Shown here piece after piece: positions 43,750 to 58,811 of a DNA stretch of 64,000 nt (its first letter is position 1; the number at the start of each line of letters is the position of its first letter). The DNA comes from Eledone cirrhosa (taxonomy: Eukaryota). A model generated the notes under the pieces. The model was not told where the DNA came from. It saw nothing but the letters and a program-made list of their open reading frames with translations, and did no database searches. The position numbers and the translations under genes were made by a program. The DNA lies in assembly GCA_964016885.1 (NCBI GenBank), contig OZ024761.1:27280001-27344000 (forward strand). Reading direction: 5' to 3'.

Positions 43750-44405
43750 TAGTGGTGAAAGTGGTGGTGGTGGTGGTGGTGGCTACAGTGGTGGTGGTGG
43801 TGGTGGTGGCTACAGTGGTGGTGGTGGTGGTGGTGGCTACAGTGGTGGTGGTGGTGGTGGCTACAGTGGTGGTGGTGGTAGTGATGGCTACAGTGGTGGT
43901 GGTGGTGGTGGTGGCTACAGTGGTGGTGGTGGTAGTGATGGCTACAGTGGTGGTGGTAGTAGTGATGGCTACAGTGGTGGTGGTAGTAGTGATGGCTACA
44001 GTGGTGGTGGTAGTAGTGATGGCTACAGTGGTGGTGGTAGTAGTGATGGCTACAGTGGTGGTGATAGTAGTTGTGGCTACAGTGGTGGTGGTGGTGGTGG
44101 CTACAGTGGTGGTGGTAGTAGTGATGGCTACAGTGGTGGTGGTAGTAGTGATGGCTACAGTGGTGGTGGTAGTAGTGATGGCTACAGTGGTGGTGGTAGT
44201 AGTTGTGGCTACAGTGGTGGTGATAGTAGTTGTGGCTACAGTGGTGGTGGTAGTAGTGATGGCTACAGTGGTGGTGATAGTAGTTGTGGCTACAGTGGTG
44301 GTGGTAGTAGTGATGGCTACAGTGGTGGTGATAGTAGTTGTGGCTACAGTGGTGGTGGTAGTAGTGATGGCTACAGTGGTGGTGATAGTAGTTGTGGCGG
44401 AAGTA
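43750..44405. repeat. GTG-based minisatellite (GGCTACAGTGGTGGTGGTAGTAGTGAT)n
   Basis: Direct reading; 24-27 bp units. Confidence 0.95.
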
Positions 44406-44458
44406 GTACTAATACTATGAAGAGAATTGATCAAGTGACACTGTGTGTGGAATGGGTG

Positions 44459-44544
<86 letters not shown>

Positions 44545-44573
44545 AGAACAAAAGATAGTTAATAGAGTTCCAT

Positions 44574-44645
44574 GTATTTTATTATGCGCATTTCAAAAAC
44601 AAATATCATCATGCAATGATATTTGTGTTTTCATCAGATAAAATA
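44574..44645 (-). ncRNA. Hammerhead ribozyme motif
   Basis: Minus: TATTTTAT-CTGATGA-AAACACAAATATCA..TGATATTTGTTTTT-GAAATGCGCATA-ATAAAATA (8-bp stem I). Confidence 0.85.
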
Positions 44646-44820
44646 GGAAGACATGATATGAAGGTTAAAAAACACTTGTGGATAGTGCAGTTTTAAATCA
44701 ACATATCTTTTAACCATTTTTTCTTATATATTATGTATACTCCAGTCCTACAAATTGTAGAGTGCTTCTTATCCGATATCTGCATTGCTTTATTGTACTA
44801 CAATAAAACTCACCTCCTAC

Positions 44821-44869
<49 letters not shown>

Positions 44870-45071
44870 CGAAGGAGGTGTGTTAAGGAACCAGATGGAC
44901 CATAACACACCAGAGTACTCAATACTTAGGGTAGTAGAGTGGGTAATAGGAAAAAGTTTAACCCCGACGGCAGAGCTCAAGCCGTTTCGACGGCTATTTC
45001 TGGACTGGGGTTAAATTTTTTCCTATATATATATTAACAAATAAAGATATTCACATAATCAAAATATATGC

Positions 45072-45131
45072 TTTATTATATATATTTCGAAGGTACTGTG
45101 ATGTTTCATCAGTACGTCTTCGTCAGATAAA
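45072..45131 (-). ncRNA. Hammerhead ribozyme motif
   Basis: Minus: TTTAT-CTGACGA-AGACGTACTG...CAGTACCTTC-GAAATATATATA-ATAAA. Confidence 0.78.
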
Positions 45132-45193
45132 ATACATGATTTGATATATGACATACCTCTACGGTCTTGATAGTTCAATTCCAGTATTGGCAG

Positions 45194-45257
<64 letters not shown>

Positions 45258-45301
45258 TAAAATAACAGATTAAAGTTTAAGCAAAGAATTTTTATTATTA
45301 T

Positions 45302-45356
<55 letters not shown>

Positions 45357-45358
45357 CA

Positions 45359-45452
45359 CAGGGTGTCCCAAAAATGTATACACACTTTAATTACCTGTAC
45401 AGTCAATATTTATTAGAATGCTGTGGAAGTGTGTATGCATTTTTGGGGACAT
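45359..45452. mobile_element. Tc1/mariner-type MITE; inverted partial duplicate at 45634-45699
   Basis: TIRs CAGGGTGTCCCAAAAATGTATACACACTT / AAGTGTGTATGCATTTTTGGGGACA; the CAGGGTG end resembles the terminus at 2492. Confidence 0.65.
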
Positions 45453-45499
45453 ATACATATATGTATGTATGTATATGTATGTATATATGTATATATGTA

Positions 45500-45570
<71 letters not shown>

Positions 45571-45721
45571 TTTAACAGTTATTCTTGCATTGAGTCTTCA
45601 AATTATTTATGCATATATACATATATATATGTATATGTCCCCAAAAATGCATACACACTTCAACAGAATTCTAATATATATTGCCTGTATAGGTAATTAT
45701 ATATATATATATAATAATTAT

Positions 45722-46935
45722 AAAATGTGGAGAAGGAACACACGAGTTGGAATGTATATATATATATAAGTAAATAGGGAGAGAAAAAACGATTATTAGG
45801 AAGAAAAATATATTTTTTCCTTTATCTTTTTCTCTTTTTTCTGGGTTAGAAAATGTTTAAAACAAAATATTTTACTTTGTGTGAAATATTAAGGTATTAG
45901 TTAATTTATTTATTATTTAACAATAGCATTTATTTATTTATTAATTTATTTATTTAATAATTGTCAATTACCGGTTTCAGCATTTTATGCATTATCAAAT
46001 TATGTGAGTGGGAGAGAAAAAAAAAGATGGGAATTTGTATTGGTATAACATGTAGGAGATAAGATAAGGTGATGTTGAAATGGGAAAGAAAGAATAATAT
46101 TATTTACAGGCATGGTTCTTGAGGATAAGCCGTTCAAAAAGTGTTATTACGGCAGGAGCGCTGAGAGGAGTTGATTCATGATGGAGGCAAATGGTAGTCT
46201 GGGGTTGGATATGTTTTCCCTTTTTAGAGAATTAATATGCAGGAGGACGTAATTCAGGGTGGTCGGGTAGGAGAAAGAGAGGAGAGGGAGTAAATAATTT
46301 ATATAAGAAAAAGGATTAGGTAGGGTGTAGTGGAGGTAACTCTTTGGAGAACGTGGGAATTTTGGACCATGGTTCATTGTTCGTTCCAGTTTTAGTTTAG
46401 TTCGAAGTTTAGTCCATTAAGTAGAGGTTGGAATTGTTAATGAAGTACGTTTCCTTATTGGTATGATGGATGAAAGAAGCGTTTTCTATGAACTTGTAAA
46501 TGGGGAAAATTCTAAAGTTTGGTTGTTGGTTAGGTACACAATTGGCGATATGTTCACTAAAAGCAATCTTTCTGTATTCCTGTATTTTGATTTGTGATCT
46601 ATGGACGGTCATACGTTGTCGGAGGCTGTTTTTTATCTGTCCTATATAGTGCTCTCGACAACCTGAGCAGGTCAAAACATAGATTAGGTTTTCAGATGCA
46701 CATGTAAAGTTGTATTTAACTGTGAAATGTTGTTCTTGTTTAAAGTGGAATGTTGAACCTTCTATTAGATTTATGCATATACCACAGTTGGGCCTTCCGC
46801 ATTTTTTTCTTGTAGGGTTCATTGTGAGGGTTGGTTGGATTTTGGCTTGTGTGAGGATGTTTTTTTATGGATTTAGGTTGTCTTTTGCTCTTTATGATGT
46901 TGTGTGTTTGGAGGATTTTGTTCATTCTTGGGTCT

Positions 46936-46937
<2 letters not shown>
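45722..46937 (-). mobile_element. 5'-truncated Penelope-like retroelement: GIY-YIG endonuclease, 3' pLTR with U3-A8 hammerhead (45966-46001), and tail
   Basis: CGRPNCGIC..FTCASENLIYVLTCSGCREHYIGQ..LRQRM..H. Minus HHR AAT-TTGATAA-TGCATAAAATGCT-GAAACCGGTA-ATT. Flanked by (TA)n. Confidence 0.88.
46409..46822 (-). pseudogene. GIY-YIG endonuclease domain with Cys-rich linker (Penelope-like)
   Basis: LIY..C..C...YIG motif, downstream conserved R and H residues and C-terminal E. Confidence 0.88.
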
Positions 46938-46985
<48 letters not shown>

Positions 46986-47317
46986 AACGAGTAGGACCCC
47001 GACGGCTGAGCTTTGGTGCGTTATGGTCCACCTGGTTCCTTACCACATTTCCTCCGTTATATATATATATATATATATAATATATATATATTATATATAT
47101 ATATTCAAAGAAATAATTTGAAAACTCAATGCAAGAATATTTGCTAAAAGAGCCAAAATGGCGTCAATAACAGAATGCATGTTGGGTAAGGATACCTCAG
47201 GACACAAATCAGTGATCAGTGGTAGGTAAAAATACCTTTCAGGTATAGGTAATTGAAAAGGCAAGAGATGTGTCGCAAAAGACTGTGACGAATCAATCAA
47301 CTAAGAAAGAAGTAAAT

Positions 47318-47367
<50 letters not shown>

Positions 47368-47467
47368 TTCACAGTTCTAGACCTGTAGAAGTCATTTCTA
47401 TATATATAATACATATATAAATGAGATTAAAGATGGATTTTGACTTAAAACCTTGGTTTATTATATG

Positions 47468-47520
<53 letters not shown>

Positions 47521-47727
47521 CGTTTCTGAATTTGTTTAGCAAGATCACCCTCCCAAAGTATAACAATGTATATATATACATATATGTATATGGGTGTGTT
47601 ATATATATATCTATCTATATTTATATATATATCTATATATCATACACACTCATATATAGTGGCAAATAAATTTCTGAACTTGATCATGAGAATTTTGTAA
47701 ATCTAATTTATGTATCTATATATCTAA

Positions 47728-47894
<167 letters not shown>

Positions 47895-48423
47895 CATGTA
47901 TATATATATATATATATATATACGCAATAAAAAATAAATGCTTGAAACATTTATCCAAACTAAATTGTACTGTAAACTAGACCCGGAAGACATAAGGTAT
48001 AACTAACCGGAAGAAATAACGAACCGGATGATAACGGAAACGAACGGAAGTTTCATGAACCAGAAATTCACCAACGAAAAGCCAAGATCCAATTATTTAG
48101 AGTAAGTGATTCCTAGAACGGATATCTTCGCCTGCAGTAAATGTATCCGAAATAATGGAATATATTTCATTCGTGTATTTAAATTAAGCTTGAATATAGA
48201 TAAATAATGTATATATATATATATTATATATATATATATTATATATATATATATTATATATATATATATATTATATATTATATATTACATATTATATATT
48301 ATATATATATATATTATATATTATATATTATATATATATAGATAATTATATCTATTTATATGAATATATATATGGAAACATAATATCTACATATGTGATT
48401 AAATATATATATATATATGTATG

Positions 48424-48485
<62 letters not shown>

Positions 48486-48502
48486 TATGATTTATATATA
48501 TA

Positions 48503-48546
<44 letters not shown>

Positions 48547-48620
48547 GAGCGAGAATACAAACACAAAATCACGTGTTTAGACATGGTCATTTGATTCGAT
48601 TGCTAAAATTAGTAATCAAA

Positions 48621-48660
<40 letters not shown>

Positions 48661-48925
48661 ATATTGCCATTGTTTTATAGATTTATAGATCATCTATTCT
48701 AGGCTACTGACATGAAAAGGAAGCGGTTGGTGAAGTCCCCATATTTGGTTATCTTCATCTCCTCATCCTTTTAGAGGCGGTGTTGTCCAGGTTTCTGCTC
48801 TGAGGGGAAGAGCTTGGTAGGAAACATCTGTAGTAACTTATCTAAATGTTCAGATTTTGCATTACAATGTTGATCACGATACACACGCATACATTGACGC
48901 GTCGCACGCGCCGCGCGCACTCACA

Positions 48926-49017
<92 letters not shown>

Positions 49018-49422
49018 TCACTCACACCAGACAAACACATACAATGACGCATACACAAAGACACATCCAGACACACACACACTCACACACAAAACACAAA
49101 GACACATCCAGAACACACACACATATACACAAAGACACACACACACATACACAAAGACACATCCAGACACACACACACACACACACATACAACCAAAGAC
49201 ACATGCAGATACATGCAGACTACAGGAACATTCTAGAGAGTGAAGACCATAAATATGTGGGTGATTACCGTTATAAAATGGCGGAAGTTATGTAAAATGT
49301 TAAGTTAAAAGTTTTCTGATTGACAATTTAAATATGTCGACACTGAGTTTAAAAGTTGTAGGATATAATTAAGGCTGTAGAGACAGAGAGAAGAGAGAGA
49401 GAGAGAGAGGGAGAGAGAGAGA

Positions 49423-49482
<60 letters not shown>

Positions 49483-49589
49483 AGAGAAATACACATACAT
49501 GTGTATTTGTGTGTGTATATATATATATATATATGCGTATCTGTATGTATATTCATGTGTACACACACATACATACATACATATATATT

Positions 49590-49656
<67 letters not shown>

Positions 49657-49762
49657 GTGTGTATATATATATATATGTATGTATATAAATGTATATACAT
49701 GTGCATATATGTTTTATACATGTATATATATGTATATATATGTATTTATACGTATGTATGTA

Positions 49763-49807
<45 letters not shown>

Positions 49808-49869
49808 CATCATCATCATCGTTTAACGCTAGCATGGGTATGTATATATATGTATGTATATGTATGTAT

Positions 49870-49925
<56 letters not shown>

Positions 49926-49949
49926 CGTAGTTCCTTGAGTAACAAAAGC

Positions 49950-50760
49950 GACAGCAACACCAACAACAACTCTAACAACAATGTCAACAACAACTTGCAC
50001 TAACAATAACATAGGTAAATACCACTAAATCCTCTTTCACTACCACCAATACCGCAACCAGCTCAACCACTATCAATACCACCAGCACTACCACCACCAC
50101 TACAATCACCACCAACACCACCACTAGCTCTAACACTACCACCATCACCAACACTATCACACCATCACCAGCATCACCACTCACCACCACCACCACCTCC
50201 ACCACCATCACCAACTCTATCACACCATCACCAGCATCACCACCACCACCACCACCACCACCTCCACCACCACCACAACGACCACAACTACCGTCAGCAA
50301 CAACACTACCATCAGCACCACCACCACCAACACCACAACCAGCTCAACCACTATCAATACCACCACCACCACCAACACCGCAACCAGCTCAACCACTATC
50401 AATACCACCAGCTCTAACCACCACCCACACCACCATCATCTCCACCACCACCACCCACCTCAACCACTATCAATACCACCAGCACTACCAACCACCCACA
50501 CCACCACCATCACCACCACCACCACCTCCACCACCACCACCATCACCAACACTATCACACCATCACCAGCATCACCACCACCACCACCACCACCACCTCC
50601 ACCACCATCACCAACACTATCACACCATCACCAGCATCACCACCACCACCACCACCACCACCACCTCCACAACCACCACCATCACCAACACTATCACACC
50701 ATCACCAGCATCACCACCACCACCACCGCCATCACTATCATTACCACCATGATTCCACCA
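49950..50760. repeat. ACC-rich low-complexity / minisatellite tract
   Basis: Direct reading. Confidence 0.9.
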
Positions 50761-50804
50761 CACACACACACACTCACTCATGTGTGTGTCTCTATACTGA
50801 GTTC

Positions 50805-50874
<70 letters not shown>

Positions 50875-51629
50875 ATGTGTGTGAGTGTGTATGTGTGTGT
50901 GTGTGTATGTGTGTGAGTGTGTGTGTGAGTGAGTGTGTGTGTGAGTGTGTGTATGTGTGCGTGTGAGTGTGTGTGTGTGAGTGTGTGTGTGTGTGTGAGT
51001 GTGTGTGTGTGTGTGTGAGTGTGTGTGTGAGTGTGTGTGGTGAGTGTGTGTGGTGAGTGTGTGTGTGTGGCCAGGAGGTGAAATTTGGAATTTAGAGCAA
51101 AAATCACTTTCGACGGATGAAAAAGCGAGTTGCCGCTTAATGTTTAGCTAATAATGTCGCAGCTCACACTCATACACGCACTAATACATACACACACACG
51201 CACACATACACACACTCATACCACACACACGCCTATATAAACATATATATACACATACAGTCGGTATAGAGACACACATATAAAGACATATGAACACACA
51301 CACACACATACACGCACTTATTACACACACATACACACACACATGACATACAGACACTCATACACACACACGCCTATATAAACATATATATATACACATA
51401 CAGCCGGTATAGAGACACACATATAAACACATATGAACACACATACACACACTCACATGACATACAGACACACACAGAGACCTAGATATTCTCATGCAGA
51501 CGACACAGTCACATTCTTAAACACACTTGTACACATATACATGGAAACAGACACATACATACACACACATACATACATACAGACACAAATATTGATACAC
51601 ACTTACACACTAACATGCAGACGACATCG

Positions 51630-51709
<80 letters not shown>

Positions 51710-51767
51710 CACCACATAGATAGATATACATAAATACAGCTATATACATATATAGGGTCGAAGACGT

Positions 51768-52172
51768 AGACAAACAGACAGACAGATGAACAGACAGACA
51801 GATGAACATACAGACAGACAGATGAACATACATACAGATGAACAGACAGACAGACAGATGAACATACAGACAGATGAACATACAGACAGATGAACATACA
51901 TACAGCAGATGAACATACAGACAGACAGATGAACATACAGACAGATGAACAGACAGACAGATGAACACACAGACAGATGAACAGACAGACAGACAGATGA
52001 ACAGACAGACAGATGAACATACAGACAGATGAACATACAGACAGACAGATGAATAGACAGACAGTTGAACATACAGACAGATGAACATACAGACAGACAG
52101 ATGAACATACATACAGATGAACAGACAGACAGATGAACATACATACAGACAGATGAACAGACAGACAGACAG
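51768..52172. repeat. (ACAG)n/GATGAAC compound satellite
   Basis: Direct reading. Confidence 0.92.
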
Positions 52173-52283
52173 CTAATCAGTGAGGAAGTAGAAGACAGAG
52201 ATAAGAGGAGAGGGAGGAGAAAGTCAAGATAGATAGATGGATAGAGAGATGGATATATATGATATATATATTTCTCGATAGAT

Positions 52284-52322
<39 letters not shown>

Positions 52323-52433
52323 AACTAGTAAGACCCCGGGGTCTTACTAGTTCCTATTACCCACTCTACTACCCCAAGTATTGAGTACTTGGTGCGTTAT
52401 GGTCCACCTGGTTCCTTACCACATTTCCTTCGT

Positions 52434-52467
<34 letters not shown>

Positions 52468-52543
52468 ACGATATATATATATATAGAGAGAGAGAGAACG
52501 ATAGAGAGAGAGAGAGAACGATAGAGAGAGAGAGAGAGAGACC

Positions 52544-52658
<115 letters not shown>

Positions 52659-52677
52659 GTAGAGAGAGAGAGAGAAC

Positions 52678-52741
<64 letters not shown>

Positions 52742-52926
52742 TAGAGATGGAGAGAGAGAGAGAGAGATTTAGGAGAGCAGATTTCTAGTCAACCATCTAA
52801 TATGGTGGACATGTAGTTAACAAGTTAGCGATAGCCAACGGAAATGTTTGTCTTGCATTCTTGTTATTTCTCACCTCATATATCTACCATTAATATCAAT
52901 ACATGCTCATCTGTATTCGTTAATGC

Positions 52927-52979
<53 letters not shown>

Positions 52980-53019
52980 TATCTCTCTGTCCATGAATCT
53001 CCATCTGATTCATACACAC

Positions 53020-53127
<108 letters not shown>

Positions 53128-53374
53128 ATTATAAGCCTGTAGGTTGAGGAAGAGAGCAAAAGGAAGAAGGGAGCACTTGCACAACACGCTCCTTGAGTTG
53201 AGGGTTGTTCTATCGACGGGGTATTAAACAACCCATTTGTGGCGCCTCCCCCCTATTGGGGATTTCGATTGTTGAAATTGTTTGTTTTTATATTTTTACA
53301 CGACTGTATGTAAAATCCCCGGCATGTCTTTGTATTGTCCCCTTTCTTGTTGCGCCCTTGTGGCTAATAAAGAA

Positions 53375-53375
<1 letters not shown>
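53128..53375 (+). mobile_element. 3' fragment of a related (TATC)n-associated L1/Tx1 element
   Basis: GGGAGCAC, GGCGCCTCCCCCCTATTGGGGA, TGTAAAATCCCC and GCCCTTGTGGCTAATAAAGAAA; between (TATC)n tracts. Confidence 0.8.
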
Positions 53376-53415
<40 letters not shown>

Positions 53416-53782
53416 CTTCTTCTTCTTCTTCTTCTTCTTCTTCTTCTTCTTCTTCTTCTTCTTCTTCTTCTTCTTCTTCTTCTTTCTTCTTCTTCTTCTT
53501 CTCTTCTTCTTCTTCTTCTTCTTCTTCTTCTTCTTCTTCTTCTTCTACATCCCACTTTGCATTAATACAACTCGCGACATTCAAGCATTGACGTACGTAT
53601 ACAGGATATACATACATGCATGCATATATATATATATATATACACATGAAAATATATAGTCGAATTGATACGTGCATATAAACATCAATTATATTCATAG
53701 ACGCTTAATTAGCATTTAGCAGTGTCGGGAAATGTGTGTATATGTATGTATGTACATGTGCATACATATATAGGTATATGTA

Positions 53783-53838
<56 letters not shown>

Positions 53839-53856
53839 CATACATACATACATACA

Positions 53857-53888
<32 letters not shown>

Positions 53889-53952
53889 CATATATATATA
53901 CATACATATACATATATATATACATACATATACATATATATATACACACATA

Positions 53953-53983
<31 letters not shown>

Positions 53984-54099
53984 GTATATATACACATATA
54001 TGTATATATATATATGTATACATACACACACTCACATATATATATATATATACATATATATATGTATACACACATATATATATACATATATATATGTAT

Positions 54100-54155
<56 letters not shown>

Positions 54156-54258
54156 GTATACACACACACACATATATATATATATATACATATATATATA
54201 TGTATATACACACACACATATATATATATATACATACATATATATATATATGTATGTG

Positions 54259-54289
<31 letters not shown>

Positions 54290-54627
54290 ATATATATATG
54301 TTTGTGTGTGTGTGTATTTTTATACCTCTTAATTTAATCTGTTTGAACTTCGTATTGTGTGGAGATAAATTTAATTTTCAATATGTCACTCGAGACACAC
54401 TTAATCCCTCCCACTGACGTACTTATCTGTATGTATGTATGTATGTATGTATGTATGTATGTATGTATGTATGTATGTATGTATGTATGTATGTATGTAT
54501 GTATGTATGTATGTGCACATCAACACACATACACGTGCACACACACACATAGTCACACGTATATAGGACATACAATGTGTCTTATATTGTTTTCTATTTT
54601 AATCTAGTTAGGGTTTACATTATTAGT

Positions 54628-54715
<88 letters not shown>

Positions 54716-55281
54716 CTAGCTAAACTACCCGTCCTTTGGACGGTTCAAGTAGCTTTCGATGTAGCTCATTAAACTAAACAAAGTAAATTTGAATACATAG
54801 AAGAAAAACGTACTTTATGTAAACATGAAAACCTTAGGCACTATTCCAGCGAAATAATTAATATGTGAGCTCGGTGCCATCCGTTATCCCATGTAACAAC
54901 CGAAATCCAGTCTAGGTATACATTTTTTTGACAACAGTTAAAACCTTTTGTTTCAAGTACAAAGAGTAAAGTAAAATCCAAATGAGCCGAATTGTAATAA
55001 TCAAAATCCCAAAACAAAATTTTTGACAACATCAAAAATGAGTTCCTATTGTCTTATTTAATCACGAAAATTGACACAAATAACCGAAACTTTTTTAATG
55101 TCTCTAAAGGCTCCAATATCGATTTTTGAAAGCCTTTGTATATCATGTACAGGTTTTGTGCAAGGAGCAGCTCTGTAAAAAATTTCAAAGAAATCGCAAT
55201 AAATGGTTTAGAATATATGAGCCCTCATTAAAAATTGTCCACACACACACACAGAAAACTTCAGCTTTATATATATACAGA
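54716..55281 (-). mobile_element. Non-autonomous Helitron-like element (566 bp)
   Basis: Minus strand begins A|TC and ends CTAG|T, with hairpin CCGTCC-AAA-GGACGG (54729-54743) 9 nt before CTAG; no TSD. Confidence 0.8.
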
Positions 55282-55669
55282 TATATATATACATACATAC
55301 ATAAATAAATACATACACATATATATACACACACATACATACACATACATACACACATACATACATACATACATCAGACGCACAAAAAAAGGGACATACA
55401 CACACACGTAAACAGTCCCCCCCCCCACACACAGAGGATGAGGTGAATGAGGTCGAATATAGGGTGTATCGATTAAGTTTGCATGAGGTCGCGGTTGGCT
55501 CTGGTTCCATCTTACTCTTGTTTATCTTTCCATAATCTCTCTCTCCTATTCTATCACCCGTTGAAGGAGTAACTTCCGAAACGTTAAGACCCATTTCCTA
55601 CTATAACAAGTGTTAATTTAATATATACCATCATTGTCTTGTTCTCGGGTTGTTCTTCCTTGATTCTCT

Positions 55670-55742
<73 letters not shown>

Positions 55743-55835
55743 CTTACGTGTGTGTGTATATGTTCTTGTTTTGTTTCCTTTTTCCATTGTGTGAAGAAGT
55801 TTTATCTTCAATTTTAACCTTGCGGAAAAATGATA

Positions 55836-55964
<129 letters not shown>

Positions 55965-56268
55965 CTGTATGTGAGTGTGTGCACGCGTGTGTATGTGTGT
56001 GTTTGTATACTTATATATTATACGTATATTCATCTATATATTGTCATCATTATCGTTGTCAACGTTCTTCTTCTTCTTCTTCTTCTTCTTCTTCTTCTTC
56101 TTCTTCTTCTTCTTCTTCTTCTGCTTCTCCTTTTCCTCCTTCCCCCCCATCCCCCACCTCCCCTCCCTTCTCCTCCCCCTCCTCCTCCTCATGATGATGA
56201 TGATGATCATCATCATCATCGTTATCGCCATCTTCATCATCATCATCACCACCACCACCACCACCACC

Positions 56269-56337
<69 letters not shown>

Positions 56338-56563
56338 TTTATCATCGTCGACGTTGCTGCAGTTGTTTTGCCGTTTTTGCAACGTCTTCACAGCTCCCGG
56401 TCAGTGTTTTTCACATTACTTGACGAAATGGAGGGAGGAAAAAAAATGTTATTTTTATTTTTATTTCGTTGTCTTTCTTGGCTAATGATATTTGTCACGC
56501 GCCTGCGCACAGCTCTACTCTCATATCACACACACACACACACACACATATGCACATACACAC

Positions 56564-56594
<31 letters not shown>

Positions 56595-56630
56595 GTATAC
56601 ATTTTATATCTATCTATTTATCTATCTCTG

Positions 56631-56701
<71 letters not shown>

Positions 56702-56736
56702 AATATATACATATATATATATATATATAAATATAT

Positions 56737-56785
<49 letters not shown>

Positions 56786-56836
56786 AATAATATACATATA
56801 TACACATATATATATATAATATATACATATATACAG

Positions 56837-56912
<76 letters not shown>

Positions 56913-56961
56913 GTATATAAAGATATATATATATATATACATATATAAAGATATATATATG

Positions 56962-57047
<86 letters not shown>

Positions 57048-57073
57048 TAAAGATATATATATAATATATATAC

Positions 57074-57106
<33 letters not shown>

Positions 57107-57122
57107 CATATATAAAGATATA

Positions 57123-57156
<34 letters not shown>

Positions 57157-57169
57157 CATATATATATAC

Positions 57170-57216
<47 letters not shown>

Positions 57217-57580
57217 CGCGTCCATAAACGCCGTGTCTGTTACAGCCGTAGGGCTGAGACCTGTGCAAGAATACAAGAATTCTGTGATTATGTTGTTACG
57301 CTGATGACATAAATATGTATAGGCCTTAGTTGATAGAATGATTAGAACGAAGCCTACAGCTATTATAAACTTACAATCTAATTTCTTCACGTAAAATATA
57401 CACTTCATTCCACCAGTGACTGCTGTAACACTTGAAAGATGTGCCTTGTATTTCAAAACCACATTTATTTCATTGCTGCTTTCTCGTTTTCGGTTTTCTT
57501 TCGGTTTTTCCTTTTGATTTTGACTTTTAGTGATAAGATTCGTCGTTGTCGTTGTCGTTGTCGTCGTTGTTGTTGTACAC

Positions 57581-57670
<90 letters not shown>

Positions 57671-57969
57671 TCACCGCACCCTTATATATATATATATGTT
57701 GCTTGTTTATTTTCCTATCTTCGGTTTGCTTTTATCCTTCTATGCTGTTTACTTGTCCCCCTCGCCTTACGCGAATTCTGGTCCCAATAACTTTTTTTAG
57801 TTATTGCTCGCACCAACCTGAGGTATCTGATTTTTAATGCGATGAAATACCAATGATGGTTGGAAATCACTGACGAAGGACTATTTTTATCATATGTAAC
57901 CCATGTGCAAACCACGCAGTATTCTTCTTTCTTCTCATGTTTTTTATATATATATAATATATATATATA

Positions 57970-58743
57970 TATTTATTAAAATAACAGATTAAAGTTTAAG
58001 CAAAGAATGGCTGCTTTCACCCTTAACGGGATCTTCTCGTTTTATATGCTCTATGGTTCTATATATATTTTTATATATATATTATCCTTATCGAGCCCTC
58101 TTCAGATTTTAGTCTTCACATTTATTTTTATTACTATATATATATATATAAGTCTAAAGTCTGTCTTAAGCCAGAAGGGTCATTTGGCCGGTGTTTATCC
58201 CGGTTTCATGGCGTGAAGCGACTGAGAGTACAAGACTCCCCCCTGGACAGGACGCCAGTCCATCGCAGGGTTAAACCCCCAGCTATTGCTGGTACTCGTT
58301 TTCAGCTGAGTATACTGGAGCAACGTGAAATGAAGTGTTTTGCTCAAGAACACAACACGCAGCCCAGGAATCGAACCCACGACATTATGATCGTAAGTCC
58401 AGCACCCCTACCACTAGATAACAGATTAAAGTTTAAGCAAAGAATCGCTGCTTTCACCCTTAACGGGATCTTCTGAAACTAACAAAGTCAATCTGTAAAC
58501 GCAGAACTGGTTAATTCAAAAAACGTTGCAACCGGAGGAAATCAGGAAGTCGATACTTTGGTTCGTGGAAACATTCAATGGCAAAGAACGGGAAAAAACG
58601 AATATAATACGTCATTAATAGGAGCGGTGAAAAACAATTACGCGCAAAGACAGAACCACGTTTATGGTATAAAAGAGGTCGTAGACTAATGTTCACTGAG
58701 GTGGTGCATAGAGACGTTCTCTGGCAATGAACGAGAAAAACGA

Positions 58744-58811
<68 letters not shown>

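Noticed and set aside
41501-44551. 608-aa Asn/Thr and 271-aa Thr mucin-like ORFs
   Set aside because: Triplet-based satellites open on both strands, with no signal peptide, domain or splice evidence.
48700-48830. Minus-strand terminal exon candidate
   Set aside because: All frames stop within 25 codons and there is no recognisable homology.
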